DNA of 32,513 nucleotides from an uncultured Candidatus Saccharibacteria bacterium (GCA_964467815.1 CAYXST010000004.1:1-32513); one strand, 5' to 3'. Positions 1 to 7,977 are shown, numbered from the stretch's first letter. Numbers and translations are program-made. The notes: generated from the letters alone by a model not told the origin.

Positions 1-96
1 TTTAATAAATTAATTAATCAAAACTGTTGCGTTAAAAGTTAGAAACTAAGTTATTCAATTAAAATAAACGATAACGCAACTTCTACTGATAACCGA

Positions 97-729
97 ATGG
101 TAAAGTTAACTTTAAAGGCAACTAATGCTTCGCAAATGGCTGTTTCTAATGATTCAACTTTTACAGGTTTAAGTTATGAACCCTATGCCACGACCAAAGA
201 CTGGATTTTAAGTGAAAGCGTGGGGCAAAAAACTGTTTATGTTCGCTTTCGAAATTCAAGCGGTGGTACGGTTGGAACGTCAGCATCTATTAATCTGACT
301 ACTTCAGCATTAATTCCTTTAACGCCAAGTAATTCAGAAGGTCAGGTTTTGGGTAAACGAAAATATGCTGAAGGCGCTTTGATTAGGGCTATAGGAGATA
401 TAGATGTCTGGATTGTAAAATATGTTGGAAATAAACAATATAAAAGATTAATTTTAAGTCCATCTGTATTTAATAATTATGGACATCTTAAATGGGAAGA
501 TGTATTGGATATTGATCAAGCTGATGTCAATTCTTTCACAACCTCTGAATTAGTAAGAGCTGTTAATGATAAAAAGGTTTATAAATTATTTCCTGCGGGC
601 GATACCGGAGAAAAAAAATGGATAATGACAGCAGAAGCCTTTAATCGTTTAGAATATGATTGGGATTCGATATATGAAATTAATGAATTTGACGGGAATT
701 CCTATATAACAGCTCAGAACATAGAATAA
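97..729 (+). CDS. hypothetical protein (no catalytic motif recognised; possibly surface-associated)
   Basis: 210-aa ORF. An in-frame stop at 40-42 makes ATG 97 the first start. An intrinsic terminator follows directly. Confidence 0.45.
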   Translation: MVKLTLKATNASQMAVSNDSTFTGLSYEPYATTKDWILSESVGQKTVYVRFRNSSGGTVGTSASINLTTSALIPLTPSNSEGQVLGKRKYAEGALIRAIGDIDVWIVKYVGNKQYKRLILSPSVFNNYGHLKWEDVLDIDQADVNSFTTSELVRAVNDKKVYKLFPAGDTGEKKWIMTAEAFNRLEYDWDSIYEINEFDGNSYITAQNIE

Positions 730-744
730 TTATTTATAAAAAAA

Positions 745-772
745 GCCTGCCTTTACGGCAGGTCTTTTTTAT
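745..772 (+). terminator. rho-independent terminator
   Basis: GCCTGCC-TTTAC-GGCAGGT stem-loop followed by a T-run, just after the stop at 729. Confidence 0.7.
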
Positions 773-786
773 TTTAAAATTAGAGT

Positions 787-1761
787 ATGTATAAAGGTTT
801 TAAGAAATATTTTATTCCTCACGAGAGCAACAACCATAAGCCATATGTCTTAAGATGGGAAGCAGTGTTGGTAATATTAAGTTTTATTTTATTGGTTGAG
901 ATTTATTTTTTAGTTCAGGCCTTTTGGTTTATTCCACAAGGCAATTTTTTTGCTTCAATTGTTCCTATAACTATTGAGAATCTTACTAATAAAAGTCGTC
1001 TGGATAATAATTTAGAATTACTTAAAGTAAATTCTTTACTAGAAAAAGCTGCTCAACTGAAGGCAGAAAATATGGCTACCAAGGGCTATTTTGCTCATAC
1101 TAGTCCTGACGAAGGTTTAACGCCTTGGTATTGGTTGGATAATGTTGGCTATAAATACGTTGTGGCTGGTGAGAATTTAGCAGTTAATTTCGTGGATTCT
1201 CAAGATGCCATTAATGCTTGGATGAATTCACCAATTCACAGGGATAATATTTTAAATAATAACTTTCATGAGATCGGCGTTGGCACAGCCAAGGGAATAT
1301 ATGAGGGTAAGGAAACAACTTTTATCGTTCAGTTTTTCGGTCGCCGGTCAGTAATAACTGCTGAGTCAGCTACTGTAGTAAATGAGGACAAACAGCCAAT
1401 CCCATCTATTGCAGGATCTTCTAACGAATCGTTTACTGAAAATCCGACTATTACTACAGTTAAGGGCGAAGTTAGAAATGTTGTCGCATCTGATAATCCG
1501 AGCCCTACTGAATTAGCCGTTAAAGAAAATCCTACGCTAAGTATAGCTAACCGACTTTTATCAACACCAAGAGCTGTGAGCAATTATCTTTATTTTGTCT
1601 TATTCACTATTTTACTTTTGGCTTTATTACTTAGCATCTTTATTAAAATTAGAATTCAACACAAGGCGCTGATTATTAATGGTGTTATTTTACTTCTTAT
1701 TATTTCTTCAATAATTTGGTTAAATCAATATATTGCTTTAACACAGACGAAGATAATTTGA
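787..1761 (+). CDS. CAP/SCP (YkwD-like) domain protein with N- and C-terminal transmembrane segments
   Basis: CAP-type motifs GYFAHTSPDEG...GENLA...WMNSPIHRDNIL...HEIGVG. Hydrophobic helices lie near residues 25-45 and 265-320. Confidence 0.7.
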   Translation: MYKGFKKYFIPHESNNHKPYVLRWEAVLVILSFILLVEIYFLVQAFWFIPQGNFFASIVPITIENLTNKSRLDNNLELLKVNSLLEKAAQLKAENMATKGYFAHTSPDEGLTPWYWLDNVGYKYVVAGENLAVNFVDSQDAINAWMNSPIHRDNILNNNFHEIGVGTAKGIYEGKETTFIVQFFGRRSVITAESATVVNEDKQPIPSIAGSSNESFTENPTITTVKGEVRNVVASDNPSPTELAVKENPTLSIANRLLSTPRAVSNYLYFVLFTILLLALLLSIFIKIRIQHKALIINGVILLLIISSIIWLNQYIALTQTKII

Positions 1762-1837
1762 GAAAAGAGTTAGAAAATATAATAAGTAATAGGGTAAGGT
1801 AATAATCAATAAATTAAATCTGCCGTTGTTTGAGCAA

Positions 1838-2067
1838 GGGCATGCCCGAAATGTCAAACTAAAGCCGATAATTGCCTAATTTGAATTAAAACTAATCCTG
1901 GAACAGGCAGGGCTTTGCTCCAATCAAAGGTTCGAAAGCTGTCCTGCCAAGCGAGCCAAAAGAAAAGTCCCGATATGATATCGGGACTTTTCTTTTGGCT
2001 CCGAACGGTGAACGAAATCCGAACTTTTTTTAGCGAAAATCCGGATGCTGGATTTTGATGTTCCACC
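1838..2067. ncRNA. candidate structured RNA / repeat element, copy A (class unknown)
   Basis: The 72-nt core 1887-1958 matches 12008-12079 at 69/72 positions. It is flanked by helices that differ in sequence but keep pairing, including a perfect 20-bp hairpin at 1956-1998. A 3' module runs CCGAACGGTGAACGAAATCCGAAC-T7. Confidence 0.45.
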
Positions 2068-2251
2068 TTGCCGCCACTTGCTGACGCTTACCACCTCGCA
2101 AAAAGGTTTCTCTACATTTTTTATTTTGCGCGCGCCCTAATTTTTTTCAATTAAGGAAAAGCAAGCTTTTCTGCTCGGCTCTGCGCTAACGCGCGGGCGG
2201 CGGGCTTCCATGCTCATTTACGGAGCGGTTTTTCTTTGTTAAAATTAAAAT

Positions 2252-3034
2252 ATGCAATTTCTCTCAATTCTTGAACAACCTACAAAAGAAGCGGCAAGGG
2301 TCTTTACAGAAAAAAGAAATCTCATTAATTACCTGCCAGAAAATTATCAACATTCTCAAGAGGATTACCTCATTGCGTTAGATTCTCCTCCAGTTTTCGT
2401 CGTTTCCGACGGCGTTACTTTAGATTTTAAAAAATTAGTTGAAAATAATGTGAAATACCCGAATCCTTCTCCCGCGGGGGAAGTCGCCAAAATATTTTGT
2501 GAATCTGTGGTGAAAAGTGTCCGAAATAAATATGAAATTTTTGACGAAGAAAAAAACAGAGAGGTTTTCAAAGAAGCAAATAATGAAGTTGGGCAATACA
2601 ATCAAAAAATAGGCAAAAGCGACATTTCGGGAAACATTACCGGGTTTTATTCTGCCACGGGAGCATTTGTTGTTATTAAGGAAAACAAAGCATATTGGGT
2701 ATCGATTTGTGATGCCTTTGTCGCCCATTTTGATAAAAAAATGAATATGAAGTTTATTTCATCGGGCCTATGTACTCCATACGCTGTCATAAATGGCGAA
2801 GAAAAAATGGCGGAGCATTTAGAAGGCGGGGTATTGAGTCTTGAAAAAGATGATCGCATTTTTGTCTTTACAGATGGTTTTGAGCACTATGTTAAAAATC
2901 CTGACTTTCTTACACTTTTCAACGAATGGAGCGATAATCTTGAAGAACGCATCGCAGAATTTTCCAAAGAAATGAATATAAGAGATCCAGAAAAATATGG
3001 TCACGAACGCTCCCTTATCGCAATTTTATTTTGA
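2252..3034 (+). CDS. PP2C/SpoIIE-like phosphatase-fold protein (divergent)
   Basis: Asp-containing motifs VFVVSDGVT and RIFVFTDGF, plus a C-terminal HERSLIAILF, spaced as in the PP2C fold. The canonical DGxGG motif is absent. Confidence 0.4.
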   Translation: MQFLSILEQPTKEAARVFTEKRNLINYLPENYQHSQEDYLIALDSPPVFVVSDGVTLDFKKLVENNVKYPNPSPAGEVAKIFCESVVKSVRNKYEIFDEEKNREVFKEANNEVGQYNQKIGKSDISGNITGFYSATGAFVVIKENKAYWVSICDAFVAHFDKKMNMKFISSGLCTPYAVINGEEKMAEHLEGGVLSLEKDDRIFVFTDGFEHYVKNPDFLTLFNEWSDNLEERIAEFSKEMNIRDPEKYGHERSLIAILF

Positions 3035-3774
3035 ATATGAAAATTTTTATAACCGGCGCATCCGGAACAATTGGAAGAGTCCTAATGAAATGCTTATCAG
3101 AAAAGTATGAAGTTGTTGGTATTGATAAAATACCGTCGGATAATGTCGTAACCCTCAATATCGTCGACGAACAAGAAAAACTCCGGAAGCTATTAAAAAG
3201 CGTTGATGTTATCATTCATCTCGCGTGGGATACCAAAGAAGCAGGAACAGCTTTAGAATCGTCTGTGGTGGAAAATAAAACTATGGGAGAGATTATGTAT
3301 GCGCTCTCTTTGGAACAGAAAATCAAAAAATTTATCCTCGCTAGCTCCGTTCACGTATCCCTCGGTCATATTAGTTATAGACATCCTGGGATTGTTGAAG
3401 ATCATAAAGTGTTGCATACAAAAAAGATAACAACTCAAGGGGAGCTTTTTCCACTGGGAATTTATGGCGCTTCAAAAGTATATCTTGAAGCGCTTGGAAA
3501 AGCATATAGCGAAAAAGGGTTGCGGGTTATCTCCGTAAGGTTCGGTAATGTAACTCGTGGTGATAGTTTCGGTGAATATCCTTTCTGGCTGAGTCATCGA
3601 GATTGCTGCAGTTTTATTGATAAATGTATAGAAACAAAAAATCTTCCAGGGTACTCTGTTTTCTTTGCGATTTCGGATAATCCCTGCAACCCTTTTGATT
3701 TATCCGACGCACAGTCACGACTCGGATACGAGTCAAAAGATAAATCGCCATGTCCCGAAGAGAATAATTCTTAA
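3031..3774 (+). CDS. NAD-dependent epimerase/dehydratase (extended SDR family)
   Basis: N-terminal Rossmann motif ITGASGTIG and catalytic YGASK (YxxxK). Overlaps the upstream gene by 4 nt. Confidence 0.75.
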   Translation: MNMKIFITGASGTIGRVLMKCLSEKYEVVGIDKIPSDNVVTLNIVDEQEKLRKLLKSVDVIIHLAWDTKEAGTALESSVVENKTMGEIMYALSLEQKIKKFILASSVHVSLGHISYRHPGIVEDHKVLHTKKITTQGELFPLGIYGASKVYLEALGKAYSEKGLRVISVRFGNVTRGDSFGEYPFWLSHRDCCSFIDKCIETKNLPGYSVFFAISDNPCNPFDLSDAQSRLGYESKDKSPCPEENNS

Positions 3775-3846
3775 AGCAGCCGTCTCGCCGCAAATGAAGC
3801 GAGGACGACGCGGGAACAGGACTCGAACTTTTTCAGATGTTCCATC
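3748..3846. repeat. possible partial/degenerate third copy of the structured element (copy C)
   Basis: CATGTCCCGAAG resembles CATGCCCGAAATG of copy A. A bulged hairpin lies at 3781-3808. GGGAACAGGACTCGAAC-T5-CAGATGTTCCATC resembles the 3' module plus GATGTTCCACC of copy A. The 72-nt core is missing. Confidence 0.25.
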
Positions 3847-3888
3847 GAGTTGGCGTTGTAAGACCGTGTTACTGTAAGATTTTTGGAT

Positions 3889-3920
3889 TTGACAAAGATT
3901 ATAAAGATAGTTATTATAAT
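3889..3920 (+). promoter_or_regulatory. putative sigma70-type promoter of the rSAM cassette
   Basis: TTGACA at 3889-3894. TATTAT follows after 17 nt, or TATAAT after 20 nt. Confidence 0.3.
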
Positions 3921-3987
3921 AGAAGCAAAAATTAGTTTATTCTTTTAAAATAAAATATATTGATTGAGAAAATATAGGAGGATTGAA

Positions 3988-5361
3988 ATGAAAAAAGAGA
4001 GTAAATTCAAATTATCTTCAGATGTTCTTTTGAGGAGGAACGAGAAAGAAATCGCATATAGAACAATAGACGGGCAAGCGGCAATAATACATCTGAAGAA
4101 AAATACCTTTAATATCCTTAACGGGTTAGCTACGCGGATATGGGAATTGATAGACGGTCAAGTCTCGGCAGAGAAAATTACAGAAAGAATCTACCAAGAA
4201 TTTGATGCGGAGCGGTCGGTATTAAATCAAGATTGTTTGGATTTTGTTCAAGAAATGTTGGGAAGGGATTTGCTAAAAACTTCTTTCCCTGTAAAAGGCG
4301 TTTCTGAACAAAGACAACTACCCGAAACAGAAGGCGAGTTATTTGATGCTCTAAGGGAAAAATCAATCGCCAAACAAATTCCCCTTATTGTGCATTTTGA
4401 TTTAACCTATCAGTGCAACCTTAATTGTGTTCATTGCTATATAGTAAACAAGAATCGTTCTGTTCTCGGAGTTGAAGAGGTAAAAAATATCCTTGATCAG
4501 TTAGCGGAGGCAGGCGCGCTTTATCTAATATTGAGCGGCGGTGAAGTGCTGACGAGAAAAGATTTTATTGAAATTGCTCGATATGCCAGAAACCTCCATT
4601 TCGCTTTAAGGATACTAACCAACGGAACATTGATAGATAAAATGATGGCTGATGAAATCGCTTCTTTGAATCCTGAAATGGTGGCTATAAGTATCTATAG
4701 CACAAAGCCCCAAGTTCATGATAAGATAACAAAGGTATCGGGTTCTTTTCAAAAATCAATTTCCGCAGCGGAGACGTTAAGGAACAGGGATACACGATTG
4801 AAGATTTCTACGGTAATAATGAAAGATAATATGGGTGACTATCGCGATGTTTATGAATTTAGCAGACAATTAAAAGCGGCTTTTCAAGCGGATTACAGGA
4901 TTACCCCGAAGACTGATGGTAATAAAATTCCTTTGGCGGTTCACATTGACGAAGAATATCTTCCTAAGTTGTTAGCCGATCCTATTTTTACCGAAAAAAG
5001 CGAGCCAGAACCACAAGAGATTTATTCGGGAATCTTTAACACAATTCCTTGCGGAGCGGGTCATATGTCTTGCTATATCACTCCTTATGGCGATGTCTAT
5101 CCTTGTGTTCAGTTGCCGATAAATTGTGGCAATTTGAGAAAAACCAAATTCATCGAGATTTGGAAGAATTCCCCCAAGTTGTCGGAATTTCGTTCCATTA
5201 TAATTTCAGATTTAACTAGCTGTTCCCAATGCGAGTTCTTTAAATACTGTCGGATCTGCGTAGGGCTAAACTATGTTGAGGAAGGAAGCATGTTTATTCC
5301 ATCTAAAAGGGCCTGTCAGGAGGCCAGAATAATGAAAGAATTAGGCAGAGAAAGGAGGTGA
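3988..5361 (+). CDS. radical SAM/SPASM peptide maturase with N-terminal PqqD-like (RRE) domain, PqqE/MftC-like
   Basis: The N-terminal ~90 aa look PqqD-like (IDGQAAIIHLKKNTFNILNGLATRIWELIDG). CNLNCVHC is the CxxxCxxC motif. The SPASM Cys cluster is CGAGHMSCYITPYGDVYPC...CSQCEFFKYCRIC. ATG 3988 is preferred over TTG 3964 because AGGAGG lies 7 nt upstream. Confidence 0.8.
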   Translation: MKKESKFKLSSDVLLRRNEKEIAYRTIDGQAAIIHLKKNTFNILNGLATRIWELIDGQVSAEKITERIYQEFDAERSVLNQDCLDFVQEMLGRDLLKTSFPVKGVSEQRQLPETEGELFDALREKSIAKQIPLIVHFDLTYQCNLNCVHCYIVNKNRSVLGVEEVKNILDQLAEAGALYLILSGGEVLTRKDFIEIARYARNLHFALRILTNGTLIDKMMADEIASLNPEMVAISIYSTKPQVHDKITKVSGSFQKSISAAETLRNRDTRLKISTVIMKDNMGDYRDVYEFSRQLKAAFQADYRITPKTDGNKIPLAVHIDEEYLPKLLADPIFTEKSEPEPQEIYSGIFNTIPCGAGHMSCYITPYGDVYPCVQLPINCGNLRKTKFIEIWKNSPKLSEFRSIIISDLTSCSQCEFFKYCRICVGLNYVEEGSMFIPSKRACQEARIMKELGRERR

Positions 5362-5362
5362 A

Positions 5363-5494
5363 ATGATGAAAGCTAAGAACCTTAAAAAGTCCTATCAGAG
5401 GCCTGAGGTGAAGTCCGAAAAGGAGAGGCCTGAGAAGGACAACGGGCGTATTTATACCCCTGGGGCAGAATGCGGCCCTGCGCCTGGTCCTTAG
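5363..5494 (+). CDS. candidate RiPP precursor peptide, 43 aa (MMKAKNLKKSYQRPEVKSEKERPEKDNGRIYTPGAECGPAPGP)
   Basis: Hand-translated; too short for the ORF track. It starts 2 nt after the rSAM stop, with AGGAGGTG spanning that stop. A Lys/Glu-rich leader precedes a Gly/Pro-rich C-terminus with one Cys. A strong terminator follows. Confidence 0.55.
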   Translation: MMKAKNLKKSYQRPEVKSEKERPEKDNGRIYTPGAECGPAPGP

Positions 5495-5510
5495 ATAGGA
5501 CTAAATCAAG

Positions 5511-5558
5511 GTGGCGAGAATCAAAAAAGATAATCAACATTTTTCTCGCCACTTTTTT
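5511..5558 (+). terminator. rho-independent terminator
   Basis: GGTGGCGAGAA ... TTCTCGCCAC stem followed by T6. Confidence 0.65.
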
Positions 5559-5559
5559 A

Positions 5560-5588
5560 TTTACACACCTACTCTTTTGTTATATAAT
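5560..5588 (+). promoter_or_regulatory. sigma70-type promoter (TTTACA-N17-TATAAT)
   Basis: TTTACA at 5560-5565 and TATAAT at 5583-5588. The ATG at 5597 is only 8 nt past the -10 element and has no SD, so the transcript is near-leaderless. Confidence 0.5.
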
Positions 5589-5596
5589 CGCTTTAT

Positions 5597-6355
5597 ATGG
5601 CAAAGAAAAATGATAATTGGTGGAAAGATACATTTAATGAAATATATTTCTCATTTTGGGATCCTTCAGATCCGAAATCACAGAGTTGGACCAGAAAGGA
5701 ACTTAAATTGATTGATAGTCTAAATCTTAAAGAAAACGCAAAAGTATTGGATATACCTTGTGGTCAGGGAAGGCATAGCGTAGAACTTGCTAAAAAAGGA
5801 TTCCAGGTTACAGGCGTTGATTATTCGTCAATTGCTTTGAAAACTGCTAAAAAGTGGGCTAGGGGGAATAAGGTTTCGCCAGTTTTTATAAAACAAGATA
5901 TGCGTTTTCTCAAAATAAAAGAAAGATTTGATGCAATTGTGATGTTGGGTAATTCTTTTGGGTATTTTCCCAATATTGAGAACAAAAAAGTGATTATGGG
6001 TATATCAAAATTATTAAAAACTGGCGGTTTTTTTATCGTTCATCAGCTTAATCCCATAGAAATATTGAGACAATTTGGCAACAAAAGTAGTTTTGAGATT
6101 CCTGGCGGATACGTAAAAATGGAGGATATTTTTTTTGACCCATTTAATTTTGTTAAGGGGTCGCGTTGGGTAGTCGTTCGCGGCAAAAATAAAGAAATTT
6201 TAAATGTGAGACTTCGTATTTATACTTTTCCTGAAATCTCTTCTCTATTTTCTTCTCATAAATTAAATATTGTTAAAGTTTATGGTTCTTTTGATATGAA
6301 GTCATACCAATTTAATAGTCCGTCAATGATCACTATCGCGAAAAGAATAAGATAA
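5597..6355 (+). CDS. class I SAM-dependent methyltransferase
   Basis: Motif I VLDIPCGQGRHS, followed by VTGVDYS and IVMLGNSFGY. Confidence 0.75.
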   Translation: MAKKNDNWWKDTFNEIYFSFWDPSDPKSQSWTRKELKLIDSLNLKENAKVLDIPCGQGRHSVELAKKGFQVTGVDYSSIALKTAKKWARGNKVSPVFIKQDMRFLKIKERFDAIVMLGNSFGYFPNIENKKVIMGISKLLKTGGFFIVHQLNPIEILRQFGNKSSFEIPGGYVKMEDIFFDPFNFVKGSRWVVVRGKNKEILNVRLRIYTFPEISSLFSSHKLNIVKVYGSFDMKSYQFNSPSMITIAKRIR

Positions 6356-6386
6356 ATACTAATATTTAACTAGTAGTCCAAGCCAG

Positions 6387-6415
6387 AGCCCAGTTTCTAA
6401 AACTGGGCTTTTTTC
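6387..6415 (+). terminator. rho-independent terminator
   Basis: AGCCCAGTTT-CTAA-AACTGGGCT followed by T6. Confidence 0.75.
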
Positions 6416-6465
6416 TTTGATTTTTGTATGATAAGATAAAATTAGGAATAACATATATTAAAAAT

Positions 6466-7323
6466 ATGCGACAGAAAATCAATTCAACATTAATTTGTCC
6501 AAAATGCGGAGGTTTATTAGATTTAAAAATAGAGAAAAAATCCGGAGACAGAATAAATAAAGGAGATTTAAGCTGTGATAAATGCAATGCGAATTTTAAA
6601 ATAATAGATGATATTGTTCGTTTTAAGCCAATTGCAGAAAGGGGCTTGGATAAGAAAATAAAAAGAGTTCGGGAAATGTTTTTAGATCAGGAATTGAATA
6701 AAAAATGGGCAAAGCATTTTAGCAAAGAAGAGTTCGGCGTCTTAAAAGAAGAATGGAGATGGATGATTAATAAGCTTAATCTAAAAAACAGCCAGATTCA
6801 TTTAGATTGGGCAACTGGCACGGGGCGGTTTCTAAGAAATATACTTAATTTAGTTAAGGGAGAAATTATTGCCATAGAGAGCGACTATGCTACATGTGTG
6901 GCTCTTAGAGATTTTTTAAAAAGGATTAAAAAATATTCAAAAACAACGATTATTTGCGGCGATGCCCGAAATATGCCTTTGGTTGATAATTCGGTTGATA
7001 GTGTAAGCACATGGTCTGGTCTCGATGAGCCAAAGATTAGCAAAGCATTAGATGAATCTAAAAGAGTTCTGAAAAAAGATAGACCATTGGTTGTTAGTGG
7101 TTTATTTTTTGAAGATAATTCAAAAAGTTTGAAGATAGCACTCCGGGAAAAAATTGAATTCGCCAAAAAAGATAAAACTCAACAATATTTTAAGAAATTA
7201 GGATTTAAGGATATTGATTACAAAATATTCTTTGAAGGGAAATGGGCGAGTGGCAAAGATTTTCTGCCGAAAAAAGGAGATTATTATGCTTCATATGCTG
7301 TGGCAGGTAGGAAATCCGATTAG
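6466..7323 (+). CDS. Trm112-like zinc-ribbon fused to class I methyltransferase domain
   Basis: CPKCGG...CDKCNANFKIIDDIVRF is a Trm112/UPF0434-like ribbon. Methyltransferase motifs LDWATGTGRF and CGDARNMPLVDNSVD follow. ATG 6466 is preferred because the TTG at 6424 abuts the upstream terminator. Confidence 0.65.
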   Translation: MRQKINSTLICPKCGGLLDLKIEKKSGDRINKGDLSCDKCNANFKIIDDIVRFKPIAERGLDKKIKRVREMFLDQELNKKWAKHFSKEEFGVLKEEWRWMINKLNLKNSQIHLDWATGTGRFLRNILNLVKGEIIAIESDYATCVALRDFLKRIKKYSKTTIICGDARNMPLVDNSVDSVSTWSGLDEPKISKALDESKRVLKKDRPLVVSGLFFEDNSKSLKIALREKIEFAKKDKTQQYFKKLGFKDIDYKIFFEGKWASGKDFLPKKGDYYASYAVAGRKSD

Positions 7324-7347
7324 AATTTAGTTAAAATTAACAAATAT

Positions 7348-7977
7348 ATGATAAAAAAAGAACAAAAAATCATAAAAAATAAACTCCGAGAATTTTTAGA
7401 AAAAGGGCGGCCAGTAATGGGGGAGTATTATGATATCTTAGAGTCAAGTCATAATACAGAAGATATCCGCATTCTTATTGAACGCGACCCAGATTTCTAT
7501 GATTCGTATTTATATGTGGCCAATGATTTGCGTAAGTCAGGACACGAATCAGAAGCGCGAGAATTAGAAGACAAAGCATTTAAGCGAGCTCGTGCCCGTA
7601 TTGAAGATAAACAAGGCAATTGGCCCGATAGAATGCCGTGGGGCTGGCTTGAAAATAGACATATTATTCGGGCTCTTGGAGTTGGCGCAGATAATCTTTG
7701 GAAAGACGACAAGACAGATGAAGCGCTTGATATTTACCGCAAGTTGTTCCGTTCAAATTTTGACGATAATATTGGCGCTCGATACGCAATTATTGCCCTT
7801 CGCATGGGGCTTAGCTATGATGAGTATATGAAGCAGGTTTGGCCTCAGTCGTCGGTGCCTGCCGAGCGTATTAATAAATGGTTTAAGAAAAACGCGCCAA
7901 AATTTCCAGAAGAATTAAAGGAATGGAAAAAGCATTGTAAAGATGAACTTGACTTAAGTGAAAAAGATTTGAGTTAA
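7348..7977 (+). CDS. hypothetical helical-repeat (TPR-like) protein
   Basis: 209-aa ORF with no catalytic motif. Tightly spaced with the neighbouring genes, so probably in an operon. Confidence 0.4.
   Translation: MIKKEQKIIKNKLREFLEKGRPVMGEYYDILESSHNTEDIRILIERDPDFYDSYLYVANDLRKSGHESEARELEDKAFKRARARIEDKQGNWPDRMPWGWLENRHIIRALGVGADNLWKDDKTDEALDIYRKLFRSNFDDNIGARYAIIALRMGLSYDEYMKQVWPQSSVPAERINKWFKKNAPKFPEELKEWKKHCKDELDLSEKDLS

Noticed and set aside
1854-2066. 70-aa minus-strand ORF sharing the C-terminus ...LAWxDSFRTFDWSKALPVPGLVL with the ORF 11975..12289; considered as a small protein family
   Set aside because: It has a GTG start with no SD, and the N-terminal parts are unrelated. A perfect 20-bp hairpin lies inside the would-be CDS. 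The second ORF overlaps the start of the plus-strand gene at 12251. Helix-preserving substitutions fit an RNA or DNA element better. I keep it as the alternative hypothesis because the stop position and a few conservative substitutions are shared.
1838-2067. Identity of the conserved element as tRNA, tmRNA, RNase P RNA, SRP RNA, 6S RNA or a known riboswitch/ribozyme
   Set aside because: It has no acceptor/T-arm geometry despite a GGTTCGAA-like string. It lacks the RNase P GGAAAGUCCGG-type, tmRNA-end and SRP domain IV motifs. It has no hammerhead CUGAUGA...GAAA core, and the twister-like resemblance (CUGCCAAGC) is too weak. It is left unclassified.
2365-3004. Several minus-strand ORFs (2365..2601, 2435..2728, 2647..2859, 2819..3004)
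   Set aside because: They are mutually overlapping AT-rich antisense frames within the 2252..3034 CDS. They are Phe/Ile/Asn-rich junk translations.
3665-3877. 70-aa plus-strand ORF overlapping the SDR gene 3' end
   Set aside because: It is out of frame with a well-supported CDS. Its downstream half is the hairpin-rich partial element copy.
5511-5711. 66-aa ORF (MARIKKDNQHF...)
   Set aside because: It starts inside the terminator stem, runs across the promoter and overlaps the methyltransferase start out of frame.
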